A stretch of 62,069 nucleotides of DNA, filler included, from Polymyxa betae A26-41 (taxonomy: Eukaryota > Protista > Endomyxa: Phytomyxea), in the NCBI GenBank assembly GCA_003693705.1. It is 5 parts of 5 records of this genome, joined end to end, with 100 filler letters (N's around TTAATTAATTAA, not from the genome) between each part and the next. Parts side by side here need not be neighbours in the genome. Positions count along the whole stretch, not along the records: positions 9,142 to 31,610 come from RBZT01000867.1; 4 more parts are not named here. One strand, given 5' to 3'. The notes under the pieces are model-generated. The model was not told the origin of the DNA and did no database searches. It worked only from the letters and a program-made list of their open reading frames with translations. Of the stretch, positions 13,346 to 26,700 are shown piece after piece. The translations under genes were made by a program, and so were the position numbers. Every line of letters starts with the position of its first letter. Within the stretch, counting starts at the first letter, position 1.

Positions 13346-13826
13346 GGGTGCGTTTGGCTATCTGCGCTCCGGAATTTTGCAAAAGTCCTTTCTTGCAATA
13401 TTCCTGTAAAATATTGTAAGAACACGTTTTGACAAATTCCTGATCGTTTGGATGCATTGTTTGTGAATAAAAACACACAAATTTGATAGTCCGCATCGAA
13501 TATCTTCTATTGTACAGTATTCTCTTTGCGACAATCATGTCAAATGAAGGGCAGTTTCAGGCTCAGGTTAAGCCGGCCGTAAAACAGGATGTCGGGCGTG
13601 CTAAATGGACGGCTAACAAGCAGTTACGTCTAATGGAGCTCATGATCGTCCAGGTGAAGTGCTAGTTCTACCATCCGCCTACATTTGTTGTTTATATTTA
13701 TGCTGACATCAGGTCGCCAAAGGCGGAAAAGCAGATAACGGATATAAGAAACAGGCTTGGCAAGCTGTAGCTGTCGCCTTTAACAAGGAATTCGGGACGA
13801 GCTATGAAATCAGGCAGTTAAAGTCT
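13346..13826 (+). mobile_element. Harbinger-type end plus truncated Myb/SANT accessory ORF
   Basis: TTA|GGGTGCGTTTGG at 13346. Exons 13537-13653 and 13713-~13826 give AKWTANKQLRLMELM..GKADNGYKKQAWQAVAVAFNKEFG..QLKS. Confidence 0.75.
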
Positions 13827-13829
13827 CCT

Positions 13830-13960
13830 GGACAACATTCCTGTTCGAATCGTTATGACAGCCGATGGCTGGTCTTCGCGGGTGATACGAGGATACTTTG
13901 TCGTTACTGCTCAATGGATTGATGTGAGATGGAAGATGAATTCGTGTGCTCTAGATTTTC
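13830..13960 (+). pseudogene. hAT transposase fragment
   Basis: MTADGWSSRVIRGYFVVTAQWID contains the hAT first catalytic Asp motif (cf. LTTDMWTS..GYMVVTLHYID in the 9363 element). Confidence 0.75.
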
Positions 13961-16500
13961 TGTACGGCACCAATCAGGACTTGGAGAAAAGGGCCGCCTC
14001 TGTGCGGACAATGTTTGATCTGTCAGATGATAACACCGACGATACTGATCCGCGCTTTACAGACGTTGACGATGGTCACGGAGATTCTGTCGACCACGGA
14101 GTTCGTTATCAGGGCGGCACAAACGGTGACGATGACGCTCCCAGCTGCAACGATGAAGAGCTAGTCGCTCTGGGCGGCGTGATTGCTGTTGGAGCGTTGG
14201 TTCATCATCGTCGAGAAGGTACCCGCTGTGGTGCTGAACGTAACGGTTTACCTCTGAGGCGATCTGGGAGAACTCATCATCCACCACTTCGTTTTGCGGA
14301 TATCAATTACGACGGCATAGCTCGTGGCGCGCGCGGTCGTGTTCGGGTTAACGAGCGTCGTCAAAAGGGCGTCGCAGCTCGAGGGAAGCCGCCAGCAACG
14401 AGGATCAACCTTCAACCACTACAATTTTAACGACCGCGACGGTGCGCACAATCGAATTACACTCTAGGTGAGAGATGCATGCATGCCGGTCGACGAGAGC
14501 ATCGACAACGAGATCGCCGAAGGATCGGAGCCTGGCTCTGATCATGACGAAAGCAGCGCGGATGATGTCAGCGAATATGTCTTTTACGATTCGCAGGAAT
14601 CACACGACGGATGGACATGTTTGTGTTCGGCCAGCGGAGCGGACGACGGACTGTTCGCATTGCTGACGAGAAAAGCTTCTGAAGCGAAATCCGACCCGAA
14701 TTCGGAGTTAGAGGCGCGCTCCAGCCCTGAGCGCGCGGAGGGGCATAAATCAGAACAGGAGGAGTTCCAGGCGCCGATAGACGAGGACGTCGCGGACGTA
14801 GTGGACAAGCCTTTTGATGCTGCGGTTCTTCCTAGAAAGTTCGTGTACAAGACGAAACGCGACGAAAAGGGCACGGGCGTTTGTTACAAGGCCGGGTTCG
14901 TGCCGCTAGGGTGCTGTGACCCATGGAAGGCTCTGAAGTTTGCTCCAAGGAATGCCACGCTGAGGGTGCTGATCGCGCTCGCAGCTATGATGGCCATGGA
15001 CATACAGTAGCTCAACGTCAAGTGGGCGTTTCTGAATGGTGGTCTGAAGACATCAGTTTTCGTGGAGCATCTGGGGTTCGAGAAGGGCGATCCGATCAAA
15101 AAGGTCTAGCGTTTGAAGACAGCGCTATATGGTTTGGTTGATGCGCCGCGGTTGTGGTATGAGACATTGACGCTGGTGGAATTCGGGATCGTTTGGACTC
15201 TGGAGATCCATGTCTCTATGTACTTCATGTGGACTCCATATCGTGATTCTGGGCGTCTTCGTGGACGACTGATCGTTTGGACTCTGGAGATCCATGTCTC
15301 TATGTACTTCATGTGGACTCCATATCGTGATTCTGGGCGTCTTCGTGGACGACTTTATTCTGTGCGGGACTGAGCATTCGATGTTGAAAGAGGTGAAGAC
15401 CATGCTGGGAAATGGATTTAGGACTAAAAATCTTGGGCCCGCAAGATGGTCTTTGGGGATGCGCCTACTACAAACTGACAAGGGGTACATTCTGGACCGG
15501 AATCAATATCTGAGGTTTGTATTGGGGCGCTGTCGACAATACCTCCGGAAGACGACAGATCGTGGACGAGGACCAATGGTGCCAATGCATGTTAATTCGA
15601 CTTGCGGCGTGCGAGCGCTAACGACCCGGTGGTACAGCTTCCGTTTCGAGAAGCATTGGGATCGATCGGACATTTGACGATCGGGATTCGGATCGATATT
15701 GCGTTCGCTGTGAGCGTTTTATCGAGATTTGTGGCTCGACATTCTCAGAAGGATTGGGAAGCCGCGGTTCATTTCTAACTATATCTCAGTGGGCACCAAC
15801 ATGTTGGATGGGTCTACGAGAAGCGGGAAGATGTTATGCAGTTCGATCCGAAGGCATTGAACGGCATGGAATTCAGTCAGCAAGGCGGGTCAGTCGATCC
15901 GGATTCTGAAAATGATCCAGATACTTCGAAATCCGTCGGTTGTATGATCGTGACTCTGTTCGGAACGGCGGTGTCGTGGCTGTCGAAACTGCTAAGTCTG
16001 GTGGCCACGTCAAAATGCCATGCGGAATATATTTCGGCGTTCGAATGCTCACGCGAGATCGTTTGGTTAAGAGTGCTACTGAACGAGATCGGCATGGTGT
16101 TATCCGGGCCGAGTGTTTTGTTGGAGGACAACGCGGCTGTGAAGTGGACGGCTGAGACGGACGGCGATTGGGCCGAGAACAAGCATATCCGAGTGAAGCA
16201 CCATTGGGAACGAGAGTGGATTCGGGAAGGGTTCCTGCGTCTGGAGACTGTGACGAGCAAAGACAATCCGTCTGATTTTTTTATCAAAGGAGCCGACGAA
16301 GTTGTGTCTGGACCTGATGATGGAACGGTCCGGTATGCGTACGATCGGGGTTGGCGATCACTCCGATCAGGGCGGCTGTTTGGGAGATCGGTCGTGACGT
16401 TATCTACGAATACGTTCGCGTCATGCATGACACGTAATCTCAGCTAGCAGGCCAGAGTGAGGAACTGATAATACAATCGTCTACTACGAATAGTTTTACA
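13961..16500 (+). mobile_element. Degenerate Ty1/Copia RT-RNaseH with possible short 3' LTR (16377-16500)
   Basis: KFVYKTKRD..YKAG, LKTALYGLVDAPRLWY, GVFVDD, KSVGCM..VSW..VATS..AEY..EDNAA..KHIRVKHHW motifs; stops and frameshifts. 5' boundary approximate. Confidence 0.85.
15187..15354 (+). repeat. Perfect 84-bp tandem duplication spanning the RT FVDD motif
   Basis: 15187-15270 is identical to 15271-15354. Confidence 0.95.
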
Positions 16501-16639
16501 TTATCGAAATCTTTACTATGGACTTCGTTCCAGCCAAAACGCTGCAAGTCAATTCGACTAGTTGCCTTCTTAGTCCGACGTGGTTGCAATTTCGTTGCAC
16601 CCTCAAGAATGTCTCTAAGGTTTACAATCAGTTTATATA

Positions 16640-18060
16640 ATCAGGTATGGAGAGAGCCATCAATTGTGATGCCATCAAATTTTGCTGCAATTCATTAGCC
16701 TTTTTTGCAATTGGCATATTCTCTAATGCTGCAATTCGCTTTGGATCATGTCTAACTCCTGTGGAGCTAAAGTTTCGACCAAATAATTAACTTTTTTTAA
16801 ATAAAATTAGATTGTCTCAATATTGAATTTCAAATTAAAGTTCTCGGCTAATCATGAATTGAGTAGTAGGCGTGACTCAGCATGACGTAGTGGTGTAGTT
16901 TGCGATCCCAACATCTCCATGTCTTTATTCTGCAGAATGTCTAACGCCGAACCGAATGATACTATCTTCGAGACGAATTCCAATAATCAGAATTCGTCAT
17001 CATTGACAAAAACCGAAACGAACGCCGGCATTAAGAGAACGCCAGGCCGAAAACTGTGCGGTTGAGAAGCCCAAACCACGGCCCCTCCAGCCAAGCATGT
17101 AGGATAGGCGACGCGAGCGCCTGAAACGATGGCTGCCCTCGTTGGATCCAGAAGAAAATTACTGTTTTATTGCGAAACTGAGCTCTATTTCAGAAATTGA
17201 CCTCACAGAGATCAATTTCCGCAATATAGATTGAACCAGAGCAAGTCGCAATCTGACTGGTGGATGTCTCGATTGCGCCACGGAGTCTATTTACTTGAAA
17301 CAGCCTCTAATTCTAAAGTTCGACTGAGTATTTCGAACCATGTTTGTTCACTATCAGCATAAGCCATCAAATCATCAATCCATATGATTGGAGATTTATA
17401 TAGCATATCAGCAAATATTTCAGCATTCGATCCTGAAATAGGGTAGCCGAATTTGGAACACCCAGAATGGACCGTGTTGAGGTAAATACAGCTCGATCTG
17501 TCGTGAATGAAAGTAAATTTCGACAAGTTTCATCCAAAGGCATAATCCAAACGAATTTAAAAGCATCATGTATCAACCAAAGTTATGATCCCGATAAAAA
17601 TTGAACTATTGATTCAAGAAAAGGCATTGTCCATGCAGAAGATTCACATTGAGCATTAACAGCTCGAAGATCTACTACCATCCTGAATCCCTTCTCCTAT
17701 TTTACAACTTGAACAGGACTTGCTCATTCTGCATTATAATTCTCGTATATAAGTCCATGTTTCAGAAGTGAGTCTGTGAACTCTTTCAAGAACTCACTCT
17801 GCTCTTTAGTATATTGGCGAGCTTTGCAACGAAATGCCTTGGCACCAGGATGCAAATGCGTTCTAAACGGAGTAACAGATGCTGGTGTCAGGCCCTAGCC
17901 TTAGTCGAAAAACATTTTGTCGAAGCAATAAAAGCTCCAGCAATTTATTCTCAGAATTCGAAGACATGCCCTTAGCACAAGACATGATTCACTACTTCCG
18001 CTCATCTTCCGAACTACCTCATGAGTCATCTAGGCTCAATTCCAAGTTCATGTTGACTCT
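16640..18060 (-). mobile_element. Degenerate Ty3/Gypsy RT, same WIDD family as the 32024 element, split by a 454-bp insertion
   Basis: DAFKFVWIMPL..SFTTDRAVFT..NSATLFQ..IIWIDDL parallels the 33625 ORF. Insert 16853-17306 is flanked by ctaat/ctaat. Confidence 0.85.
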
Positions 18061-20189
18061 ATAATGACTCACAATATCGAACCTTTGCTGTCTCTGTTTA
18101 ACGAAATACAACCATTCTCGAGTCTATTCGATTTTTAATAAGCCTTGTTCCCCTGCTTCTTCGTTGTCTTCGTTACTTCTTCCTCGTCTTGTCCCAGTCC
18201 TCACCTTAGATTCGAGAATCCTATTTCCCAAGAGCACCCGAACAAGACCCATAATCGTTAACGGCGACCCATTCGACGCTAGAAACCCTGAACACGTTGC
18301 CATTGTCGTCGCAGAGCTCGCCGACAAAGTTTCTGACATGCAACTATCCAAGGATCAGCTAGAGCAACGCAACGCCGAGCTCTCGCAGCAGATCGAATCT
18401 CAAACCCTAAAAGAATACGCCAGCATAGCGCGAGCATCAAAAGTGAGCGAAGCTGGCCAACAAATAAGGAACTGGGGTTTGAACATCCGCAGACCAGCGC
18501 CCGTCAGCCCGCAGAATGTGTCATGCGGGCCATTTAATGAGGGTTTCCGTGACTGAAAGCACGATTCCCTTACGAAGAACGCGGTTACGGGTGTATCGTG
18601 ATGTGCATGATTTCCAGACTGCACAGCGCGCAGACGCATGCCGGGCATCAATCAGATACGCAGAGAGTATATGCCCCACTTGGAGCGTCAGACAGGTCTA
18701 TTCAACCTCCCACAATCGGATTAAATCCAAAGTAATAAAACAGAGCATTTTCATTTGCATTAAAGGAAACAGGCAGCAACGCATTGATTTCAAACGTTTT
18801 TCAGGTTAATTTTGAGCATCCTAAATCCGTAATCTGCCCCTCAAAGGAATAAGTCTAGGAATTTCTAAATTGAATTCCAGGAACCGTCCTTTGATAAAGA
18901 AGGTATAAACTGTTCCAAGCGATAAAAAATTCGGTGAATTGAAAACATGCGGTCCAGGTATGACATCCGAAAATTGCTGGATATGACTGTATTTAAATGA
19001 AATAATAAATGAGATCGTGAGTTCTGCGAACTTCACGATCAACATTGCAATGTTTTTTTCTAGGGATTGTCATCACATTTGATTGAAAATCAGGTTGCGG
19101 AGCTCATTTTCAATAAATGCAATGTTAAAAATAGAGCGCAAATCGGTTTGAGGGTTGCACAATAATTTTCCAAATTGTTTTACTTGGAACAGGCTCTTAG
19201 AAAATCAGGCGAAAATGAGTTCTTGAGTCACGTCGCCTGTATGAATCATCCCTTCAATTACCGGTGCGTCGGGTTCGTATTACTCCCCCTTCTATCGGTG
19301 TATCTGTTGAGCGCTGATTCACAAATTCGGGAGTGAAATCAAGCTCTTGTTCATCTTCCGAATTTGCAAAATTTTCTGAAAAATAGGATTCATAGTCACT
19401 ATCCTCAGGGGCCGACAGGGCCGGTGGTTGCTCGGCCGCCATAGACATAGTGGAAGGCGGGTGTGAAGTGCGCGCAACCCCAGTCCCATAGTTCGTCTTC
19501 CCCTTGCTTTCGTCGTCGTCAACTTCGCTCCCAACGTTGTCGTCGATCTCGACCGGGCGTCTCGCGGCGCCTCCCTTCTCATCGTCGTTGTGCGCCTTCC
19601 AGAGTATACTGGAATATATACTGGCCCGAAGTGCTCTATCACAATGTCCGCAAATCCCAACAGATGTCAATTCATAGAGTTGCCCGGTGCGTAGTTAAAA
19701 ACTTTGCAACAGGTCCCTGGCCAGGAAAAAATTCAAATATATGAAAGCCGAGCTATGACGCATCGCTAGTGTAACATCACAGTTTCAGCATAGCAGCATA
19801 TACGATAGCATCATTGGATATGCTGCAGTGGGCAATACAATAATTGTAAATTGATCCATCAATCATGATAGAATCCAATTCAGACAGTAAACCATCTTTC
19901 GAGTTCCCGTAATGTTCGCATATTTTTTCACTTTTTTTTTCATTAATGGGAAAAAGTGGGCACTAATTGCTCAAAAACGTCCGGCCGGACCTGAATTTTT
20001 AAACGGCTTACTTCTAATATGCTCTCTATTGTCCACATGACACCATATAAAGTCACAAAATATTTATCAATTGACATTCATCAAGCTAAAGCCATTATGC
20101 ACGATTAGTTTTCGCCAAACGATACTGGGCGATCAATTTCCTCTGTTCATCAAGACTCGGATTTTGAGGGCAAGTCTTCAACAGATGAT

Positions 20190-22960
20190 CTGAAGATTTA
20201 CATTTAAAGCAAACAGTCCCAGCGCGCGGTTTCTTTGGTACCGACAAATAGATGATTCGGTACTAGGACGTTTGCGTGCCATCGCCAATCTGCGGTTTTC
20301 GCGCTAGGGTCAGTCAGAGGTGTGCAATCATCGCAAAGTCTTTGATGAAGGAGTGATAAAACCCAGAGAGCCCGAGTTCGAGGAACCTTATAGCTTTCAA
20401 ACGCTTGAATGATCCCTCGATCCGGCCGGATCCCGTCTGCACCAATGCAATGTCGCAGGTAGGTCGCTTCATGTTTCAAAATGTGGGTTCTCTTCGGGTT
20501 AACCATCAGGTTGTGTTGTCGTAATCTTGAGAATATGCGATCCAAACGCTCCAAATGGTTTTCAAATTTGGCCGAATACACAACCACATCATCCATTCAC
20601 TGTAAACTAAACAATCAATGTAATTAAGACCGTTGAGGACCTTGCTCATGAGTCGACAGTATGTTGCCAGAGCGCATTTGAGGCCAAACGGCATGGAGTT
20701 CCACTCAAATAGACCGTCCCGGGTAACGAACGCAGTTTTGGGACAATACTCTTCAGCGACAGGGACCTGCCAATATCCTGATGCCATATCGAATACGGAG
20801 AAATACCGGGTTCAGGCCATTGCCGTTAGAGCATCATCAACACGAGGAACTGGATGAACGACCATGATGGTGAGGTCGTTTTGTCTGCGGTAACCGATAA
20901 CAAGCCTATATGACCCATTTGCTTCTTGGCCAATACCACCCCCGAGACCCACGGACTAGTGGAAGGTCGGATATGGCCTTCGTTCAATTGTTTTTGGACC
21001 GTCTCCTTGACATAATCACATAATCCTCCAGATCCGGATGTCGACGACCAGGCGGACATGAAGAGCGTCGGGGATCAAATTGATAAGGTGTTCTCCGGCC
21101 GATGTTCTGCCCAACGGGCTGTGCTGGGTACAGAAACGGTGCGCGTTCTTCACCAGCCAGCGTCGTACTCGTTCACGGTCATCCTGCGGCAACAAATGCC
21201 AGTCAAGATTGACAGTCGATAGAACCTCTTTCAGATGGGGATCTTCGATTCCCGACAGCGGATCGAAGGTCGTAGACGAATCCTCCACAATCTCGAAACT
21301 ATCAACCGCATCATAATGGTCAGCTTCCGCGATCACCTCCCCCTGAGGCGCTCTCATGTCCTCTTCCGATAGATTCGCGATAATCAGTCGGCCGTTCTGT
21401 CCCGATGACTCGAATGTTCCTTCAGCCACATGTCAGCGGTACGGGCCCATTGCACTTTCATTGCTCCTAAAGACGGACAGTCAGCGATGACGTCCACAAA
21501 CGCCTCACAGTTCGGCCTGAGCTCCAGTGATCACGTTAATCTAAGTCGTATCGGACCTGCCATATGATTTCTTTCGGTCCAGGGAATGAGAATCGGGGAT
21601 GGCCGAAATAAACACCTTTTGCAACATCCACAAACGCATCCCACTGGACAAGTAAATCTCTTCCAATAATGACATCACAAAAGCATCCCACTGGACAAGT
21701 AAATCTCTCCCAATAATGACGGGAGATTCGTTTCACATAGGTAGAATTCCCCACGGACCTGCATCTCTCCGATGCAAAAGTTAATCGTAGCGCGGCCCGC
21801 AGTCTTCAACAATTGGTCGCCTGTAAAGCCTTCAAGAGGACGGTCAAACGGAGCAGCGCTAATTGTCAGATGAGGACGAATGACGTTGGTGTCGGCTCCT
21901 GTGTCGATCAGCGCCACCGTTTTAACCACGCTGAATGTCGTTACGACCAGTGCATTCGCACCGAAACAGCACGTCGGTGTTACGGCAATGTTACTACAGC
22001 CCCCTGGATCCCAGGGGCTGGGGCGGCTGTAGGGGCCGCCCCGTGTCCTCAAACTGAGGACCCAGAATCAGAGACGTCGGACTTTTCCCCGCCGACGCCT
22101 TCCGTTTTCGACAATCCTAGACGAAGTGTCCTTTTTCATCACAAGAACGACAGATTGACCAGTGTTCCCCTTCTCACAATCCATGAATTTGTGATCGTTC
22201 GTCCTGCATGGTCGTCACTCGAACTTTTGTATTTCGACGCTCTGAGAAGTAGACACCTGACTAACATCTGACTGAACGGGATTGTTCGCGTTGATCTTCC
22301 GACGCCGTTTGTTCACTTGGGCGCGCTCCGCGTACAGGCATTCCGTCAGTATCCGTGTCTGATGACGACTGTCAAGATTCCGGACGCATTTTTTCTAACC
22401 CATATTTTGCATCCAACGACAGCTTGACATCCCTCGAAGACTGCCGCGGTATAAGGAATAAACCAGATCAGCTGTTGCCTTGTCCGGTTGATATGACTGA
22501 AAATTGTTGATGGCCGCTTCCAGTCTTGGCAACAACTCCGATAGCGACTTGCTGGGAGCCTGGCGGATGGACAATGCCGCCTCATGCCACATCCCGAGCC
22601 GCGAAGCCTCGGTAACAAGTGCCAGTCGGACTCGTACGTCGACCAGCACTGCCTCATAAGGGGCCTCCGGTAATTCTTGAGCCGACGCCTTGACCGGATT
22701 TTGCAGATGGCCCATCTGGACCTTGGATAAGAGCCAATGATGTAGCCGGCGGCGATCAACGGCTGGCCCGGCATCCTGAGCCAAAGCAATTCCATTTCGA
22801 GCCAATCCAATACCACCTGGAGCCCTATATCGTCAAACGGGTCAGCCGCGCAAACTGGCTGCTGTTGTTGGAAATTCACAGGTGAACTCTGTAAGGGATG
22901 CAACTACTGGCAACTGGGACCAGCCAGACGTTCATCACAAGGAAGGGAGGGCTGCCGAAG
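20190..22960 (-). mobile_element. Degenerate Ty3/Gypsy (gag zinc knuckle, protease, RT)
   Basis: ALIDTGAD protease; PSTSPW, SGYWQVPV..KTAFVT..GLFEWNSMPFGL and MDDVVVYS RT motifs; CRSCDEKGH knuckle near 22130-22155; many frameshifts. Confidence 0.88.
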
Positions 22961-23727
22961 AGCCAGATGCCAGAACCCTAACTGCACAAGCAGCCTTTTG
23001 ACGAGCACTCAGGCCTAGTCTGTTGCAAGCGTCTCTTTTCTGGGGAAGTACCGTCGCGAACATCTTAACTGTCATAGATTACTAAGGGACTAACTTGATG
23101 AAACAAGGCTTGCCTGGGTAACCCTTTTGTCAATATCAAAGGCCGTTTTCGAATAGATCTCGTCGAGAGGGACGAAACAATGGCCCCGGTTTTCAAATTT
23201 TCGAAATGCTCGCGCAGTTTTAATGGTTTTTAGTTGTAAGGAGACCGTCGGATTGCACCAATATGCGAACATTAAAGTTTTTATCCGAAAAAATAATGTG
23301 CGCCGGTGTAGGGCAGAAATATGCGCAGTCAGAAATGTCCGTAGACAGCGCATTTCATTTTGGACATGGTACAGATCATCCACTTCAATCGTTTGGCATG
23401 CCACGAAAATGAAAGCGTTTCGTTCACCTGGCTCGAATGAGCGTGGCAAGAACAATCAGGGCTTCTGTGGTCTTTGAGGTCGGCGTCGCTGCTGCTATTA
23501 TTGTGAATTTGATTTCATTGCAATGTTTTGGGGTGCTGTTAAACTCTATACACGTTTGCATTGCGATTATTCTTTTAACGGTTTGGTCAAAAATTACGCT
23601 TTGCTTTATCTTCTGTTTCCATTATCCAGATTCGCCGATTTTCTCGAAAATGCTTTAGGTTGGAAATTTTTGGCATAATGATATTTGTTTGCTTAACTGT
23701 TCATAATTTTTTTTTATGGATGCACAT

Positions 23728-26700
23728 TGTTGAACAAGATCGCTAAAAGAATTGATGTCACAATTAGAAGAATGTAAGCGAAGTGAGGTCTCAATTTATT
23801 CACACACGAAAGAGATGGCCAGAGCTGGCCTCGGCGTCATCATGGCTTTGATAGAAGCCGAGAAGTGATAGCCCAGAGAGATCGGGTGATCTGTGAATAA
23901 ATATATAATCTTATCTAACACGCCCCCTCAGTTTAGATCTCGTAGAGTTCTTGACTGGAGAAAGAAGATAAAATTTAGACACAAGATGTTGAGACTTGGG
24001 AAAATTCCATTTACGGAGACGCACGAAATAAATTCCGTGGTACTGTGGGGCTCAATGTAGTTTACTACCCACAAAAAACCCATGCCTTAATATTAGAGGC
24101 TGATCTGTGGGACTGGCTTGAGATTTAGCCGGGTCCTGACATCGGTAAATTTGACTTTGGAAAGTCCTTTTGTAAAGATGTCAGCTAAGTTGTCAGCTGA
24201 TGCAACCTTTTGAGAGCGAAATTGTGTTTTTCAATTTCTTCGCAAAGGAACCAGTATTTGGTTTCAATATGCCTCATGGCAGATTTGTTTCCGCTAGTAT
24301 AGCCAAAGCTTATACATCCTTTATTATCGTCAAAGATAATGAGTGGGGTGGTCATAGGGAATCCTATTTCCGCAAGGAGATGTCGTTGCCTTTTGCCAGC
24401 AGTTGCGGCTGAGCATGCTGCATACCATTCGGCTTCAGTGGATGATCGTGGGGTATTCACCGTCTTTTTGCAAGAGTATTCAATGACTCCTCCGTGTAAG
24501 ATAAACACGAAACCACTGACGGATTTGCGCTTGTCGAGGTCGCCTGCCCAATCAGAGTCGGCAAACATAGCGCATGACGGAGCATTGGTTGGTCCTTCGC
24601 CGAAATAGGCGTGTAGTAAGTTAGACCTTCCGTCGTATTCCAAGCCTAGGTTTTTAGTCCTTGCACGTACCGGAAAATATATTTGACAGCGTCCCAGTGT
24701 GATTTGCCCGGATTGGAACAAAACTGAAAGACTTGTTGTACTGCATGAGCGATATCTGGCTGTGTTTTGGAGGCCAAATATATTAAAGATCCCATCGCGG
24801 CGCGATAGGGGATTTTGCTCATATATATCCGATCCTGTTCGGTCTGCGGATACATTCCCGAATGTATCTGAGTGTTAGGAATTTCGGGTGTTGCCGTTGG
24901 GTTGCAGTCATTCATACGAAATTCGGTAAGAATCTCTTCTGTGTATTGACGTTGCCTTAACCAAGTGGTATGGTTTTTGCGGTCTCGAATGACTTCGATG
25001 TTTAGAAAACATGATAGTGCTCCAAGGAATTTGACCTTAAATCGGTTTTTCATCCTGGATTTGAGCTCTCCAGAGCAGTTTTGGAATTGCTAGCTGCAAT
25101 TAAATCATCAACATAAACTAGGACTAATAGAATCCTGTTGTTATTGAGATGTGATATATAGACACAGTGGTCTGTTTTACAGCGTAAAAAGCCACAACTT
25201 AATAGAAATGAATGGAATACTGAATTCCAGGTTCGACCGGCTTGTTTAAGTCCGTAAATCGACTTGTGCATTTTGCAGACTTTATTTTATGACTCATGGT
25301 AGCCGGGTAGCTGTTTCATGTAGATCTCAGTATCAATGTCGCCATATAAATAGGCTGTCGTGATGTCGATATTTTCGAGATCAAGGTCAAGATAGGTAGC
25401 TAATGCGATTAGCATCCGGAATGAGATGAAATCTGCCACTGGTGGATACGTTTCAACGTAATCTATACCTGCTAATTGGGAGTCGCCTCTGGCAACTAAA
25501 ATCCCTTAAAACGATAACTGATCCGTCTGTTTGATTGTATTTCACAGCAAATACCCACATCGATCCTATAATGTGCCGATCATTATCAGGTGCGTCCACC
25601 AATGACGATGTGTCATTTTCGGCGTGCGATGCGAGCTCCGAATCGATAGCCTGTTTCCACTCGGCAGCATACGAGCTTCTGAGAGCCTCCGTTACAGATC
25701 TCGCTATTGGAATTTTACCGTGAGAGCGTTTTATTGTAACAGAATTAATGAAGCTGCTATTAAAGTAGAATCCTGTATCGCGCAGTTTCCGTTTACGCGT
25801 TCAGCGCCTGGACGCGATATTGGGTTGGCTTTCGGAATCCTGGTCATCTTGTACCTCTTCGGAACCACCAGAAGTAGGTGTGAGGTGACTAGGTTTTATT
25901 GATGACAGGATGGTAATCGTCGTGGTTTGACTAGCAGAACCGTCTGGAGAGGCTGCTGTTTTGCTTTCATAGTGTAAAGTCGAACCTCACTGTCGCCAAA
26001 GACAGCTGTAATTCCGTTATCAGCCGCTGCCCAAACTGAAAAATAGTTATTAGTTAGAGCGGGGATGTGATTTACGTGATGTAACGTTAAACGGATAGAG
26101 CTGGTGTTATCCGGCTGATATATGATGAGATTTACAGTGCCGGTACCTGCAACAGTGACTACGGAGTTTGCTGCAGTCGCAACATGTTTACTGTCAGGAG
26201 GCAGTGCCTGATAGTCAGTGAAAGCGCTGCGGTCTCCGAAGGCATGTGATGTACAGCCGCTATCAACCATATGTAGAATGTCGCCCCCTGAATTTTGAGG
26301 GTTTACAATCCCTAGACTACTAATAGAGTCGTTTGGATAAACGTCAAATTTTGGCTGCTTATAAAGCATTTGTTCGATTAATGACCCAATTTGGTCATTT
26401 TTCTTATCCTTTTTGCCTTTGTTATGTGGAGCTTTGGCATTGGAATTCTGCTTGTCGGCCTTCTTGCGTTAATAGGCCTCGCTGTTCTGCTTGTGGATCA
26501 GGCAATCGGGCTCAGAATGGCCCTTGTTGCTGCAGAACATGCATGCATCCGTGCTGTTGCCGGTCCGCTGACGTTTAGTAAGTATCGCCGAGCTGGGCGA
26601 TGGACGCGGTCAGGGAGTCGACCCTGTTGATGAACGAGTCCAGCTTGGAGAGTTCGGATGGGAAGGGAGGAGCCATGAGTTCGGACTCAAGCGGCAGCGA

